Positions 28,214 to 43,100 of a stretch of DNA of 64,000 nucleotides are shown piece after piece (position 1 is the stretch's first letter; each line of letters starts with the position of its first letter). Source of the stretch: Hemiscyllium ocellatum (lineage: Eukaryota); NCBI RefSeq assembly GCF_020745735.1, contig NC_083421.1:23365001-23429000 (forward strand). Reading direction: 5' to 3'. Made by a program: the position numbers and the translations under genes. The notes below the pieces were generated by a model. That model saw only the letters and a program-made list of their open reading frames with translations. It searched no databases and was not told the DNA's origin.

Positions 28214-31200
28214 CTGGGTGACAGTAAAGAGAAAACAGGTGAAGGATTACACTGCAACTTATTGCTCAGGGAATCCAATCACAGCTTGTTCTATTACATA
28301 TTACTAACTTAGACATTAAACTGTGTTTTAGGAGCTCAAATATCTGAGAGTTCCCTCAGAACAATAGATTCATGCAGCACAGAGCAGGCCATTTAGCATG
28401 TTGTACCTGTGCTGGCACTTTCAAAGAGCTAACCAATTAATCCTACACCCCTAGACAACTTCTTAGCCTTGTCAATTTTTTTTCCTCTTCAAGTATTTCT
28501 TCTACTGTTTAGAAAATTATTACTGAATCTTTTTCCACCATCTGGCCAAATTTCCTTTGATTATCTTCTGTGAAGCACTTTGAGATAGTTTGCCATGTTA
28601 AAGGTACTATTTGTCACATTAAATTGCTGCACTGTGACGCACTCATTTCCTACAAAGTACTATGTAATGTTGAATTAAGGCCTGTTGGGATTCCAAGACC
28701 GTTAGAAACTAGAGTGGAATTGTCTATAGAACAGTTGGCAAACAGGACTTTCATTTCATCAGTGGGCTACAGTCACGTCTGGGACTCGGGTGCAAAGTAC
28801 TATTTTTCTTGGTATAATAGCTCCTTTTTAGCCTGCATGTCAAAGACATTCTAGGTTATAATGTGCAACACCTTGCTTGATATGTGAAACCTTCAGGATT
28901 TTCCCATTCCTCCGATCCAGTCCCTGCTGTTATGATCTAGTTGTGTTTTAGAGATATTAGTGATGCTTCAAAATCTGAAGTGCAATCCGAATCTGTTGCT
29001 TTTAAGTTAAACCGTTGGTTGTTTGGTTTTCCCACACAGACTGTGCTGTGGGAGGAGGTTTCTAGGGCTGACTGACAATCATGTTGCCAGCCTCATCAAC
29101 ATTGTTCTAAAGACCCTGGGAATAACTACTGGCTGATCTCTTGAATGCTACTGCAAGGAACCCAGTGGAAAAATAACTATGGTGTTAAAAAAAGATTTCT
29201 GTCCCTTTGCACTGATAGTTGTAAAAATGCTAGAGATTGGGGATTAGGGGAAAGGACAGTTGACTGGATTTGGTACTTTGAGTTTGGGCAAAATAGGAGG
29301 GAATCAATACACTCACCTGTATTTGGGAATCTTACTTGCATCAAAATCTACAAAACCATTGTCTAACTTGCATATTTTCTGCTTTTATTTCATAATTTGA
29401 GTATTTGAGGCATTTTGAAAGTCAGTCAAATAGTGTCACAGTCACAGAGATGTACATCACGGAAACAGACTCTTTGGTCCAACTCATCCATGCAGACCAG
29501 ATATCCTAACCCAAACTAGAGCCATCTGCCAGCACTTGGCCCATATCCCTCTAAAACTTTCCTATTCATATACCCATCCAGACGCCTTTTAAATATTGCA
29601 ATTGTACCAGCCTCCACCACTTCCTCTGGCACCTCATTCCTCACCCACACCACCCTCTGTGTGAAAAAGTTGCCCCTTAGGTCCGTTTTATGTCTTTCCT
29701 CTCTCACCCTAAACCAATGCCTTGCTTTATGTTTTGGCTAAAAGGCAAACCATTTCCTCCTAGGTTCATGTTGCTAGAATACATGCTGATGGTGGGGGGT
29801 CACAGCATCACCTACACAACCTTATGGAATGTAACATTTGCTCTTTTACTTTAAGTTTAGTGATGTTGTCACTTACCCGGCTTTGTTAGTTTACTGCTTG
29901 GGAATTTTCTCTCTATGTCAGTCTCCGCTGTAATCTGGTTATCCACAGCAGTTGATAAACTGCCCTGCATTTCGGTAATCATTTCCTGTAGCAAGAAAGA
30001 GCAGTCAGGCAGTGAGAGCTGGGGATGCAGTCAGTCAGGGTCCAGGGTTGTATTTGATGTGCAGCTTTGAATAGAAGATAGCTGGCAATGTGGCTAAGAT
30101 ACATGTAGGCAGGAACAGATATTCAATATATCACACACAGCTTTCTATTCCCTTAACTCATTTTCTCTTCTCAGTTCACGCCCTTATCTTTCCAACTGGG
30201 GCCCAAATTGTCCTTGGCAACTCTACTTAGAAACATCAAAGATGGGAGCAGGAGGAGGCCATTTGGTCTTCGAGCCTGCACCACCATTCATGGCCGATCG
30301 TCCGACTCAATAGCATAATCCCGTTTTCTCCCCATAACCTTTCACCCCATTCACCCCAAGTGCTATATCTAGCTACTTCTTGAATAAATTCAATATTTTG
30401 ACAATACCTACTTTCTTTGGTAATAAATTCCACAGGCTCAACACTCTCTGGGTGAAGAAATGTTTTATCATCTCCATCTCAAAAGATCAAGCCCAAATCC
30501 TCAGAATGTGACCACTGGTTCTGGACACACCCGGCGTCAGGAACATTCCCGCTGCCTTGTCTAGTCCTGTTAGAATTTTATAAGTCTCTATGAGATACTC
30601 CCCAGTCATCGAAACTCCAGTGAAAACAATCGTATTCTTGTCAATCTCTCTTTGTACGTCTGTCCCACCATTCCTGGAATCAGCCTGGTATGTCTTTGCT
30701 GCACTCCCTCAAGAGCACCCTTCCTTAGAAAAGGAGAAAAAACTGCACACCTTGTTCTGGGTGTGGCCTCACCAAGCCCTGTATAACTACAACAACACAT
30801 TTCTGCTCCTGTATTCAACATTTCTCACAATGAAGGCCAACATACCATTTGCCTTCTTCACCCCTGCGCCTGGTGCACAAGGACACCCAAGTTCAGCTGC
30901 ACACTCCCCTCTTCCAATTTACAGCCATTTAGGTAGCAATCTGCCTTCATGCTTTTGCTTCCAAAGTGAATAACCTTACACTTATGCAAGCTCGACTGCA
31001 TCTGCTATTGCTTTGCACACACACAACTTTCTCTCAAGGATTATGTACCAGGAGAATGTTCTGGAAAAAAAACTCAGAGGGTCACTTTTTCAGAGTGACT
31101 GTAAGAAATAAGTGCAGAATTTGTCCATTGAGCTTGCTCTGCCACACATCATGGCTGATCTGTTTGTGGCCTCAAATCCACTTTACTACTTACCCCAATG

Positions 31201-34200
31201 ACTGTTGACTTTCTTGTCAATCAGAAATCTTCACAACTCAGACTGCATATATTTAGTAGCCCAGTCTCCACTGTTCGATAGAGAAGAGAATTCCAAACAT
31301 TAACCAACCCTTGAGAGAAGAAATTCCTCTTCATCTCCATTCACATGTCTTGAAACTGTGACCCATGGATGGAGATTCCTCCATGAGGGGTAATATCCTT
31401 TCAACATCTACCCTGTCATGTTTCCTCAGAATTTTTTCATGTTTCAATGAGACCACCTCTCCTTGTTCGAAACTCAAGCCTGAACCTGCTCAACCTTTCC
31501 TCATAGGACAAAGCCCACTTATTAGGAACCAGTGAGTTGAACCTTCTCTGAATTATCTCCTACCTTCATTAAAACCTGTGTGTAGTGCTCCAGATGCAAC
31601 TTCGTCAAATATCCTGTATTGTTACAGCAAGACCTTCCTATTATACTCCATTTTCCTTGTAATAAAAAAACCTAGCTAGTAGCAATCACATTCAGTGAAT
31701 TAATTTTTTTAAAAGTCATCTTGTCTTTCTAATTATTTGCCACACCTTGCATGCTGACATTTTATAATTCATGGACAAAGACACCTAAGTCCTCTGCACC
31801 ACACCATTTTTTCAAACTTTCCATTTCAGTAGTATTCGATTTTTCTACTCTTCCTGCCAAAGTGGACCTCACTTTATGCCTCCAAATGTCCATTTTTTTG
31901 CCCACACACTTAGCCAGTTTATATCCCTTTGCAAATTATTGTATCCTCCTGTGAGATATTGTATTTTAGGTTATCTTTACTAACTCATTCACAAGCTCGC
32001 TATAACTATTAATACCAGGTTCCTGTTCATTCATTCATAACCCTTTACTAACCCATTATTTACTATAACGTGGTTTCATTCATTCATTCATAAAACTGCC
32101 GTTCTGTAGTATATTTTACTAGCCAAATTTAAAACAACCCTTTCAAACCCCATTTCTGCATTTTCACACCTTATCAGCCCTTGTTTACCTCGGAATAAGT
32201 GTAGCATATAGAACAATACCATAGACCAGATCTAAAAGTTGAAGTTCTAAATTGGAGGAAAGCTAATTTTGATGGTATCAGGCAAGAACTTTCAAAAGCT
32301 GTTTGGGGGTAGATTTTCACAGGTAAAGGGGTAGCTGGAAAATGGGAAGCCTTAAGAAATGATATTACAAGAGTCCAGAGACAGTATATTCCAGTTAGGG
32401 TGAAAGGAAAGGCTGGTAGTTGTAGGGAATGCTGGATGACTGGAGAAATTGAGGGTTTGATTAAGAAAAACGAAGAAGCATATGTCAAGTATAGACAGGA
32501 TGGGTTGAGTGAATCCTTAGAAGAGTATAAAGTCAGTAGGAGTGTACTTAAGAGGGAAATCAGGAAGGCAAAAAGGGGGCATGAGAGGGCTTTGGCAAAT
32601 AGGGTTAAGGAGAATCCAAAGGGTTTTTTACAAATACATTAAGGACAAAATGATAACTAGGGAGAGAATGGAGCCCCTCAAAGATCAGCAAGGCAGCCTT
32701 TCTGTGAAGCCACAGGAGATGGGGGAGATATTAAACGAGTATTTTGCATCAGTGCTAACTGCGGAAAAGGACATGGAAAATATTGAATTTAGGGAAATAG
32801 ATGGTGACATCTTGAAAAATGTCCGTATTACAGAGGAGGAAGTGCTGGATGGATTGAAACACATAAGAGTGGATAAATCATCAAGACCTGATCAGGTGTA
32901 CCTTAGAACTCTGTGGAAAGCAAGGGAAGTGATTGATGGGCCTCTTGCTGAGATATTTGTATCATCGATAGTCACAGGTAAGGTACTGGAAGACTGGAGG
33001 TTGGCTAACATGGTGCCACTATTCAAGAAAGGTGATAAGGACAAGCCAGGGAACTACAGACCGGTGACCCTGATGTTGGGGGCGGCCAAGTTGTTGAATG
33101 GAATCCTGAGGGACAGGATGTACATGTATTTGGAAAGGCAGGGACTGATAAAAGATAGTCAATACAGCCTTGTGTGTGGGAAATTATGTCTCACAAACTT
33201 GATTGAGTTTTTTGAAGAAGTAACAAGGTGGATTGATGAGGGCAAAGCGGTAGATGTGATCTATATGGACTTCAGTAAGGCATCCGACCCCATCCCCCAT
33301 GGAAGACTGTTTAGCAAGGTAGATCTCATGCAATACAGGGAGAACTAGCCATTTGGATAGAGAACTGGCTCAAAGGTAGAAGACAGAGGGTGGTGGTGGA
33401 GGTTTGTTTTTCAGACTGCAGGCCTATAACCACAAGGATCGTTACTGGGACCACTACCTTTCGATGATTTTGATGTGAGCACAAGAGGTATAGTTAGTAT
33501 TTTGCTGATGACAGCAAAATTGGAGATGTAGTGGACAGCGAAGAAGGTTACCTCAGATTGCAATGGGAACTTGATCAGGTGGGCCAATGGGATGAGGAGT
33601 GGCAGATGGAGTTTACTTTAAATAAATGCGAGGTGCTGCATTTTGGAAAGGCAAATCAGGGCAGGACGTTTACACTTAATGGTAAGGTCCTAGGGAGTGT
33701 TCCTGAACAAAGAGACCTTGGAGAGCAGGTTCATAGTTCCTTGATAGTAGAGTTGCAGGTGGATATGATAGTGAAGAAGGCGTTTGGTATGCTTTCCTTT
33801 ATTAGTCAGAGTATCGAGTACAGGGGTTGGAAGGTCATTTTGAGGCTAAACAGGACATTGGTTAGGCCAGTTTAGAATATTATGTGTATTTCTGGTCTCC
33901 TCCCTATCGGAAGGATGTTGTGAAACTTGAAAGGGTTCAGAAAAGATTTACAAGGATGTTGCCAGGTTGGAGGACTTGTGCTATAGGGAGAGGTTGAATA
34001 GGCTGGGGCTGTTTTTCCTGGAACATAGGAAGCTGAGGGGTGACCTTATAGCGGTTTATAAAATCATGAGGGGCATGGATAGGGTAAATAGACAAAGTCT
34101 TTTCCCTGGGATGGATAGTCCGGAACTAGAGGGCATAGATTTAGGGTGAGGGGTCAATATATAAAAGAAACCTTGGGGCAACTTTTTCACACAGTGGGTG

Positions 34201-37200
34201 GTGCGTATGTGGAATGTGTGAGGAAGTGGTGGAGGCTAGTATAATTGCAACATTTAAAAAGCATTTGGATAGGTATATGAAAAGGAAGGGTTTGGAGGAA
34301 TATGGGCTGGGTGCTGGCATTTAGGACTAGATTGGGTTAGGATATCTGGTCAGCATGGACAAGTTGGACCGAAGGGTCTGTTTCTGTGCTGTACATCTCT
34401 ATGCTCTCTCTGGATGGCTCAGTGGTTAGCACTGCTACCTCACAATGCCAGGGACCTGAGTTCGATTCCAGCCTTGGGTGACTGTCTGTGTGGAGTTTGC
34501 ACGTTTTCCCTGTGTCTGTACTCCGGTTTCCTCCCATGATCCAAAAATGTGCTGGTTGGTGAAATGGCTGTGCTAAATTGCCCATAATGTTCAAGGGTGT
34601 GTAGGTTAGGTGCATTAGTTAGGAGTAAATGTAGAATAATAGGGTTGGGGATGGGGTCTGGGTGGGTTACTCTCAGAGGGTTAGGTGTGGACTTGTAGGC
34701 CTGTTTCACACTGTAGGGATTCTCTAATCTCCATCAAGTCTTCACTGAACATTATAAAATTAATCAACCCTTACTAACCATATCCAGGACCTGAAAAAAT
34801 TCCCCAATTAGTAAGCATCTGTTAAATACCTTTTAACTGGGCCATAAATCCTTTAAGAAACTAACTGACAAAACAGCACTTCTATGAAATTGTATGAATG
34901 AATGAAACTCACACCGGCAAATAGTAAACAATAGTAAAACCAGCTGCAGTAATCAGTTTAACATCCTTTATTCTTTTATTAAGTATAGGTACAATTTCTA
35001 ATTTATTTAGAGCATATATAGACCTAGCATTTTGCTAATATTTACTAATTTAAAAGACAGAAGGACTAATGCCTCCTAATTATGCAAGCAGACCGGACAG
35101 ACACTTTTCATCCTATCAGAAGTCGTATCCAGTATTTAGCACGTGTTAACCCACCTCCTGTTTCCCCTTCAAATCTTTGTGTGCTATAGATGAAATGATG
35201 TAACACCATAGCAATGGAATTTAATATACGTAAGAACTATGTGTAAAGGAGGTTTTGTAAGAACTGTATTTTGGGATTCTATTGCCACCTTGAACTTGTG
35301 CTGTGCTACTGAATAAAAGAGGCTATTTTCACCACTCAGCAGTTCCGGTTGTTATTTGAACACAATCCCACAATCCTCACAGTTTGCTTTTCTACCCATT
35401 TTTGTAATAAAGCAACTTTGGCTACTATTCAGTTATAGTCATTGTCTTGAACAACACAGAAACAGACCCTCCTGTCCAACTCATCCATGCCAACCAGATA
35501 TCCTAAATTAATCTCGTCCCATTTGCCAGAATTTGGCCCAAATCTCTCTCAACCCTTCCTATTCATTTACCCATCCAGATGCCTTTTAAATGTTGTAATT
35601 GTATTAGCCTCCACCAGTTACTCTGGCAGTTCATTCCACACATGCACCATCCTCTGTGTGGAAAAAAGTTGCCTCTTAGGTCCCTTATAAATCTTTTTCC
35701 TCTCACCTTAAAGCTATGCCCTCCAGTTTTGGATTCCCCTACCCTCGGAAAAAAGACCTTGGCTATTCACCTATCCATGCCCCTCAGGATTTTATAACCC
35801 TCTATATGGTCACCACTCGACATCTGAAGCTCCAAGGGAAATTGTCCTAGCCTATTCAACCTCTCCCTATAGCTGAAACCCTCCAACCCTGGCAACATCT
35901 TTGTAAATCTTTTTTGTATCCTTTCAAGTTTCACAACATCTTTCCTAAAGCAAGGAGATCAGAATTGAACACAGTATTCCAAAAATGACCTAACCAATGT
36001 CCTGTACATCTGCAACATGACTTCCCATTCCTACATTCAGAGCATTAACTAATAATAGAAGTAGGGTCCGTTCATCCAAGGCATTAATGTGGAATTATCA
36101 AAATGAACTCTGGAACTCCATTAAGTATTGTTTGCCATCCTGAAAATAGCCTTTTTATCCTAGCACTCCATTTTCTTTTATTTAGCCAGTGCTTTAACTA
36201 TGCTAGTATATCAACCCTGAGGCAATAAGATTGCAGTGATACCTTACGTGGAACCTTATGGAATGCATTTTGGAAATCTAAATGCATCATGTCTGCTGGT
36301 TCCTTCCAGTGACCCTGCTTATTACATCCTCAAAGACTGGGATACATTTTTAAACATGATTTCTCTTTCACAAAACCATGTTGGCTATGCATGTGATTGT
36401 ATCATGATTTTCTAAATGTCTGCTTCTACTTCATCATTAATAATGGATACTAACATTTTCCTGATAACCACTGTTAGACTGACTGGCCTGTAGTACCCTG
36501 CTTTCTGTCCTCTTCCTTTCTTGAACAGAGGTATTACGTTTGTGGTTTCCAATCCACTGGAACCTTTCCAGAATCTGTATAATTGTGGAAGATTGCAACC
36601 AATGCATTCACTACTCTGTAGCCACTGCTTTTAAAACCCTAAAATGCTGGCCATCAGTTCCAGGAGACTTGTCATGATGGCTGTGGCAACATTGCTTAGC
36701 CATACACTAACATTAGTAAAACACCCTTTATGCATAATGTAGGTAAATATATATCATGTGTATATTTCCTTTGCAACTATTTGATCATGAGGGAATGCCA
36801 TGATTGATCTGGACCTGAGTTTTGAGTGACAAGGGAATGAAGAACTCACCGGTATAACGTCAGTGAACTGTCTGTTGTCACCTAGGTTTGAATAGTGAGC
36901 TGAAATATTCCTCAAATCCCTTTGAAATAATTCAGGGTATTGCTCCATCCATTCACCTTCCATGGAGGAGATCGGAGTAGGCCGGCACTCAGATCCTGCA
37001 CACACAAAATGTAAAGCTTTTATTTTTTTTTAAAAGCCGCATGTGATACACTGCATATTCCTTGCTCTGAGACACATTTATAATAGAGTATATTCATGCT
37101 GATTCTGTCTCCACAAATGTTGCCTCGTCAAGAGGAAGAAGAAGGAAGCTTGCTTGAGGTTGAGGAAGCAAGGATCAGGCAGAGGTCTAGAGGGTTACAA

Positions 37201-40100
37201 GGCAGCTAGGAAGGAACTGAAGAAGGGACTTTGGAGAGCTGGAAGGGTGCATGAAAAAGCCTTGGCAAGTAGGATTAAGGAAAACCCCAAGGTGTTCTGC
37301 ACTTACGTGAGGAACAAGAGGATAGCCAGAGTGAGGGTAGGGAGTCCCTCTCCCACTGCAGCTCCCAGGCCATTTCCTCTGCCCTGAAGCTCTTCAACCT
37401 GCCTGTCTCCTTTTCCACCTATCCACTCCACCCTCTCCTCCCTGGCTTATCACCTTCATCCCCTCCCCCACTCACCCATTGTACTCTATGCTACTTTCTC
37501 CCCACCCCCACCCTCCTCTAGCTTATCTCTCCATGCTTCAGGCTCACTGCCTTTATTCCTGATGAAGGGCTTTTGCCCAAAATGTTGATTTAGCTGCACT
37601 TTGGATGCTGCCTGAACTGCTGTGCTCTTCCAGCACCACAAATCCAGAATCTGGTTTCCAGCATCTGCAGTCATTGTTTTTACCCCATCAGGGATAGTGG
37701 AGGGGACTTGTGCCTGGAGTCAGAGGAGGTAGGGAAGGTCCTTAATGAATACTTTGCTTTAGTATTCACTTAAGGGTAAAAAATGAGGTCTGCAGATGCT
37801 GGAGATCACAGCTGAAAATGTGTTGCTGGTTAAAGCACAGCAGGTTAGGCACCATCCAAGGAACAGGAAATTCGACGTTTTGGGCATAAGCCCTTATTCA
37901 CTATTGAGAGGGACCTTGTTGTTTGTGAAGACAGCATGAAACAGGCTGATATGCTTGAACAAGTGGATGTTAAGAAGCAGGATGTGCTGGAAATGTTGAA
38001 AAACAAGGATAGATAAGTCCCCAGGGCCAGATGGAATGTACCCAAGGTTAGGACAGGAAGCAACAGAGGAGATTGCTGTGCCTTAGTGATAATCTTTGCA
38101 TCCTCGATGTTCGCTGCAGTAGTACCAGATGATTGGTGGGTCAGAAATGCTTTTCCCTTGTTCAAGAAAGGGTTAACCCTTGGAATTACAGACAAGTTAG
38201 TCATACATCAGTGGTGGGCAAATTATTAGAGAGGATTCTGAGAAAAAGGGTTCATGATTATTTGGAAAATCAGAGTTTGCTTAGAGATAGTCAGCATGGC
38301 TTTGTGAGAGGCAGGCCATGCTTCACAAGCCTTATTGAACTCTTTAATGATATGATAAAAACAGATTAGTGAAGGTAGAGAAGTAGATGTGGTGTACATT
38401 GATTTTATCAAGTCATTTGATAAGGTTTCCCATGGTAGACTCATTCAGAATGTAAGGAGGCATAGGATGCAGGGAAAGTTGGTTGTTTGGATCCAGAATT
38501 GGCTAGCCCATAGAAAACAGAGAATCACAGAATCCCTACAGTGTGGAAACAGGCCCTTTGGCCCAACAAGTCTACATCAACTCTTTGACCCATTCCCTTC
38601 CCCTAATATCCAATATTTACCCTTGACTAATGCACCTAACCTATGCATCCCTGAACACTATGGGCAAATTAGCATGGACAATTCGCCTAAACTGCACACC
38701 TTTGGGAAGAAACCGGAGCACCCAGAGTAAACCCACGCAGACATGTGGAGAATGTGAAAACTCCACACAGACAGTCATCTGAGATTGGAATTGAATCCGG
38801 GTCCCTGGCGCTGTGAGGCATCCATGCTAATCACTGAGCCACCATGCCAGTGGTAGATGGGAAGTATTCAGTCTTGAGCTCGGTGACCAGTGGTATTTTG
38901 CAGGGATCTGCTCTTTGTGATTTTTATAAATGACTTGGATGAGTAAATAGAAGGGTGAGTTAGTAGGTTTGCCGATGACACAAAGGTTGGTGGAGTTGTG
39001 GATAGTGTGGAGGGCTGTTGTAGGTTCAACGGGATATTGACAGGATGCAGAGCTGGGCTGAGAAGTGGCAGGTGGACTTCAACCTGTAAAAGTGTGAAGT
39101 GATTCATTTTGGAAGGTCAACTTTGAATTACAGGGTTAAAGGAAGGATTCTTGGCAGTGTGGAGGAACAGAGGGATCTTGGGATCCACGTCCGTAGATCT
39201 GTCAAGATTTCCACCGAATTTGATAGGGTTATTAAGAAGGTGTATGATGTGTTGGATTTCATCAGCAGGGGAATTGAGTTTAAGAGCCACAAAGTTATGC
39301 TGCAGCTGAATAAAGCCCTGTTTAGTCCACATTTGGAATATTGTGTTCAGTTCTGGTCATCTCATTATCGGAAAGATGTGAAAGGTTTAGAGAGGGAGTA
39401 GAGGAGATTTACCAGGATGCTGCTTGGATTGGAGGGTATGTCTTTCTTATGAAGAAAAGTTGAGGGAGCTGTGCTTTTCTCATTGGAGTGAAGAAGGATG
39501 AGAGATGACTTGATAGAGGTGCACAAAATGATGAGAGACATAGAGTGGATAGCCAGACACTTGTTCCAAGGACGGAAATGTCTATTATGAGGGGGCATAA
39601 TTTTAAGATGATTGGAGGAAGATTTCGGGGAGATGTCAATTGCCCTGATATTAGGCATGGTACATTGGCAAGACTGAGCAGATGCTACGACAATGGATGA
39701 ATGGACACTGCGCAGTGATCACCAGATACGGATGTGCTCTCTCAATCGGGGAACACTTCAGCAGTCAGATACGTTCAGTCTCGGACCTTTGGGTAACCAC
39801 CCTCCAAGGTGGACTTTGTGACAAGCAGCAACACAGAGTGGCTGAGCAGAAGCTGATAGCAAAATTTGATACCCATGGGATGGCCTCAACCAGGCCCTTC
39901 ACTTCATGTGACACTACAGGTTACCCCATGCATGATACATTCACTCTTTCTCATACACACACACACACATACTCTCCTACATATTCACACACCCATGCAA
40001 ACCCTCCCTCATATACAAGCCCTGTCTCAAATGCACACACATACACCCCCTACACTCACCAACACACACACCCTCTCACACATATTCCATTGCGCGGGGG

Positions 40101-40135
<35 letters not shown>

Positions 40136-43100
40136 AACCAAGCTTACACACATATTATATCATATGCAATCACACCCACACGCACACGCTCACGTTCACA
40201 CTCAATTTGTCGCTCCTCCATGTGCACACATACAAGCCTATTGGGTGAATTTGTTTTCGCAGAATACATTTTATTTTGCTCAAAAACTGCATGAATCCAT
40301 GTAAAACTTCGTAAAACTATACAGAGGGTTTGTCAGTCTGACATAGCATTGGGACACACCTATTGTTCAAAAAGCTGAGCTATCTTGAAAATGTAATTTA
40401 AAAGAAGTTCTGGGATTTACATACCAAAGAACAGAAATCAGCATATCCCATTATAAAAGATGGAAGTTTTAATCTCAGATTGTTTACTGTATCACATCTC
40501 CACGACACAAAACTCCTTTGGCTATAAATTCTGTGAGCATGATCTTAACCTCCACAACCACCTGATGAAGGAGAGGCACTCCGAAAGCTAGTGCTTCCAA
40601 ATAAACCTGTTGGACTATAACCTGGTGTTGTGTGCTTTGTAACTTTGTGTCATATTGTTTATTTTAACATCACAGTACAGATTCCATGATTTCCTGTCCT
40701 GCTGCTTCTGGCATCATCGGGGAAACAATTGGGTTGGCAGGGCCTGGGAATTTTCTGATGAGTTGAATGTCCAATTCAAAACCATGGCCAGTGGTGTGAG
40801 GACACAGAAAGTCCACATTTTCCCATAGAATGTTCTGAGCTAATGACCATTACCCTCTGCCGTCCTCTCCTGACATGTTTGTGCCAATGAGGAGCCGGCT
40901 GCTTCAGGAATCATGTCTGTGGAACAAATGGCTTGGATGTGAACATAGGAGGTATGGTTATTAAGTTTGCAGATGACACCAAAACTGGTGGTAGTGGATA
41001 GTGAAAAATGTTATCTCAGAGTACAATGGGATCTTGATCAGATGGGCTGGTGGGATGAGGAGTGGCAATGGAATTGAAATTAGATAATTGTGAGGTGCTG
41101 CATTTTGGAAAGACAAATCAGGCCAGAACTTATAACTTAATGATAAGGTCCTGAGGAGTGTTGCTGAACAGAGTGACCTTGGAGTGCAGGTTCATTGTTT
41201 CTTGAAAGTGGAGTTGCAGGTAGATAGGATGATGAAAAAGGCGTTTGATATGTTTGCCTTTATGGGTTAGTGTATTGACTAAAGGAGTTGGAGGTCATGT
41301 TGCGGCTGTACAGGACATTGGTTAGGCCACTTTTGGAATATTGCGTGCAATTTGGTCTCCCTCCTATAGAAAAGATGTTGTGAAACTTGAAAGGGTTCAG
41401 AAAAGGTTTACAAGGATATTGCCAGGGTTGGAGGGTTTGAGCTACAGGGAGAGGCTGAATAGGCTGGGGATGTTTTCCTTGAAGTGTTGGTGGCTGAGGG
41501 TGACCTTTGTAAAGGTTTATAAAATCATGTGGGGCATAGATAAAGTAAACAGGCAAGGTCCTTTCCCTGGGTAGGTGAGTCCAGAACTAGACGGCATAGG
41601 GTGAGAGTGAAAAAATGTAAAAGGAACCTAAGGGGTAACATTTTCACGCGGAGGGTGGTGCGTGTGTGAGCTGCCATAGGAAAGTTGGTACAATTACAAT
41701 ATTTAAAAGACATCTAGATGGGTATATGAATAGGAGGAGTTTAGATGGATATGCACCAAGTGCTGGCAAATGGGGAGAGATATGTTCGGGATATCTGGTC
41801 GGCAGGGATGAGGTGAACCGACTGGGGAGATCGCCAAGTCAGTTTCCCTGCTGTACATTGCTATGACTCTTAAGTACCATAACCAGCCATACAGTGTGTA
41901 AAGCTCCCTAGCCTTTGACTTGTGGAATCTCACTCCTCTCACTATATCATGTAAACAATGATGAGAAGGAAGGACAATTATACATCATATATAAAAGTCC
42001 AAAATATCATGGAAGATAGGAGGCAGCTATTGATCCCGTTCTACCTGGGCTTTTGGAAAGATCCAACCAATTAGTTCCTCTCTCCTGCTTTTTCTCAAAG
42101 CTCCTGCATTTTAGATTAAATATTGAATTGGAAATGACTGTTTAATCTGCAGCCATTCAAGCACTGGACTCTGAATCCTAACAAATCACTGCATAAAAGT
42201 AATTACCCTAATTTTCCCTGTGGTCCTCTTTCCAACTCCTTTCTGTTTCGCTCTACTGGTTACAGCCCACTTACTGGTGCAAACAATTTCTTTCCATCTT
42301 CTCAAAATTTTCTTTGTTTTGGGTGCCTCTATTACATTTTCTTCCTGCTCTTGAGAACAGTCCCACCATCAGAGTTGTCTCCATATAACTGCATCCTCTC
42401 AGACTTGGTACCATTCTTGTAAAGTTCTCTTTGATGTTTTTTGTCAAAGTATATTGCCTAAAACCAAACACCATTCTCAGTTGTGGCTTTCCCATTGATT
42501 TCTGAAAGTTTGGTAATCACTACACCTCATGAAATAAATCAATGTGGGAAATATTTTGCAGGAATTTGGAGGCATTCATTTTTCTTCTCTATCTTTCATC
42601 CTACCACTTGCCTTCAAAGTTTCTTCCAAACTTTCATCAGGAAATGCCAAATAAATGCAGGGCAGGATTGACTGGTACAGGGGTCATAGTTTTAAGATAT
42701 TAGGAGAAAGGTTTAGAGGAGACATCAGAGGTAGGTTCTTTACACAGAGAGTTGTGAATGCATGGAATGCGTTGCCAGTGGTGGTAGTGGAAGCAGAGTC
42801 ATTAGAGACCTTTGAGCGACCGGTGGACATGCACATGGATAGCAGTGAGTTGGGTACATAGGCTAAGTTATTATATTTTACATTAAGATTAAACCTCGGC
42901 ACAACATCGTGGGCCAAAGGGCCTTTTCTATGCTGTACTTTTCTATGTTCTAATAAAGTTATACCTGTGTCTGCCTTGTGGGAAGTAAAAAGATTCTTAT
43001 CCAAGTATTTGTGATGCTTCAAAATCTCCATCTGAACGATGTTCATCCTCTTGCCAATCAAGAACTGAAAGAAAACATGGAGATGTTAAGCATTGTAATA

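Larger units (their letters stand above)
31950..35372 (+). mobile_element. Probable solo LTR (~0.9 kb) containing nested CR1 and SINE insertions
   Basis: Termini TGTGAGAT...ATCCCACA (TG..CA, near-inverted), AATAAA near 35312, imperfect 4-bp flanking repeat CTCC/ATCC; interrupts a collinear CR1. Confidence 0.5.

Noticed and set aside
29317-29362. Possible extra exon of the unknown gene (strong CAG|GTGAGT donor on minus)
   Set aside because: Both candidate acceptors give 31 or 46 nt, which would break the phase 1-1 junction; could only be a frame-shifting exon.
37559-37900. Further hammerhead copies (also near 16053, 48451, 50905 and 57797)
   Set aside because: Core nucleotides are mutated (for example CGAAA to CAAAA, or altered CUGANGA), so not called as ribozymes.
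39682-40294. His/Thr-rich ORFs
   Set aside because: Translation of a CA-rich tract downstream of a decayed Penelope endonuclease fragment.
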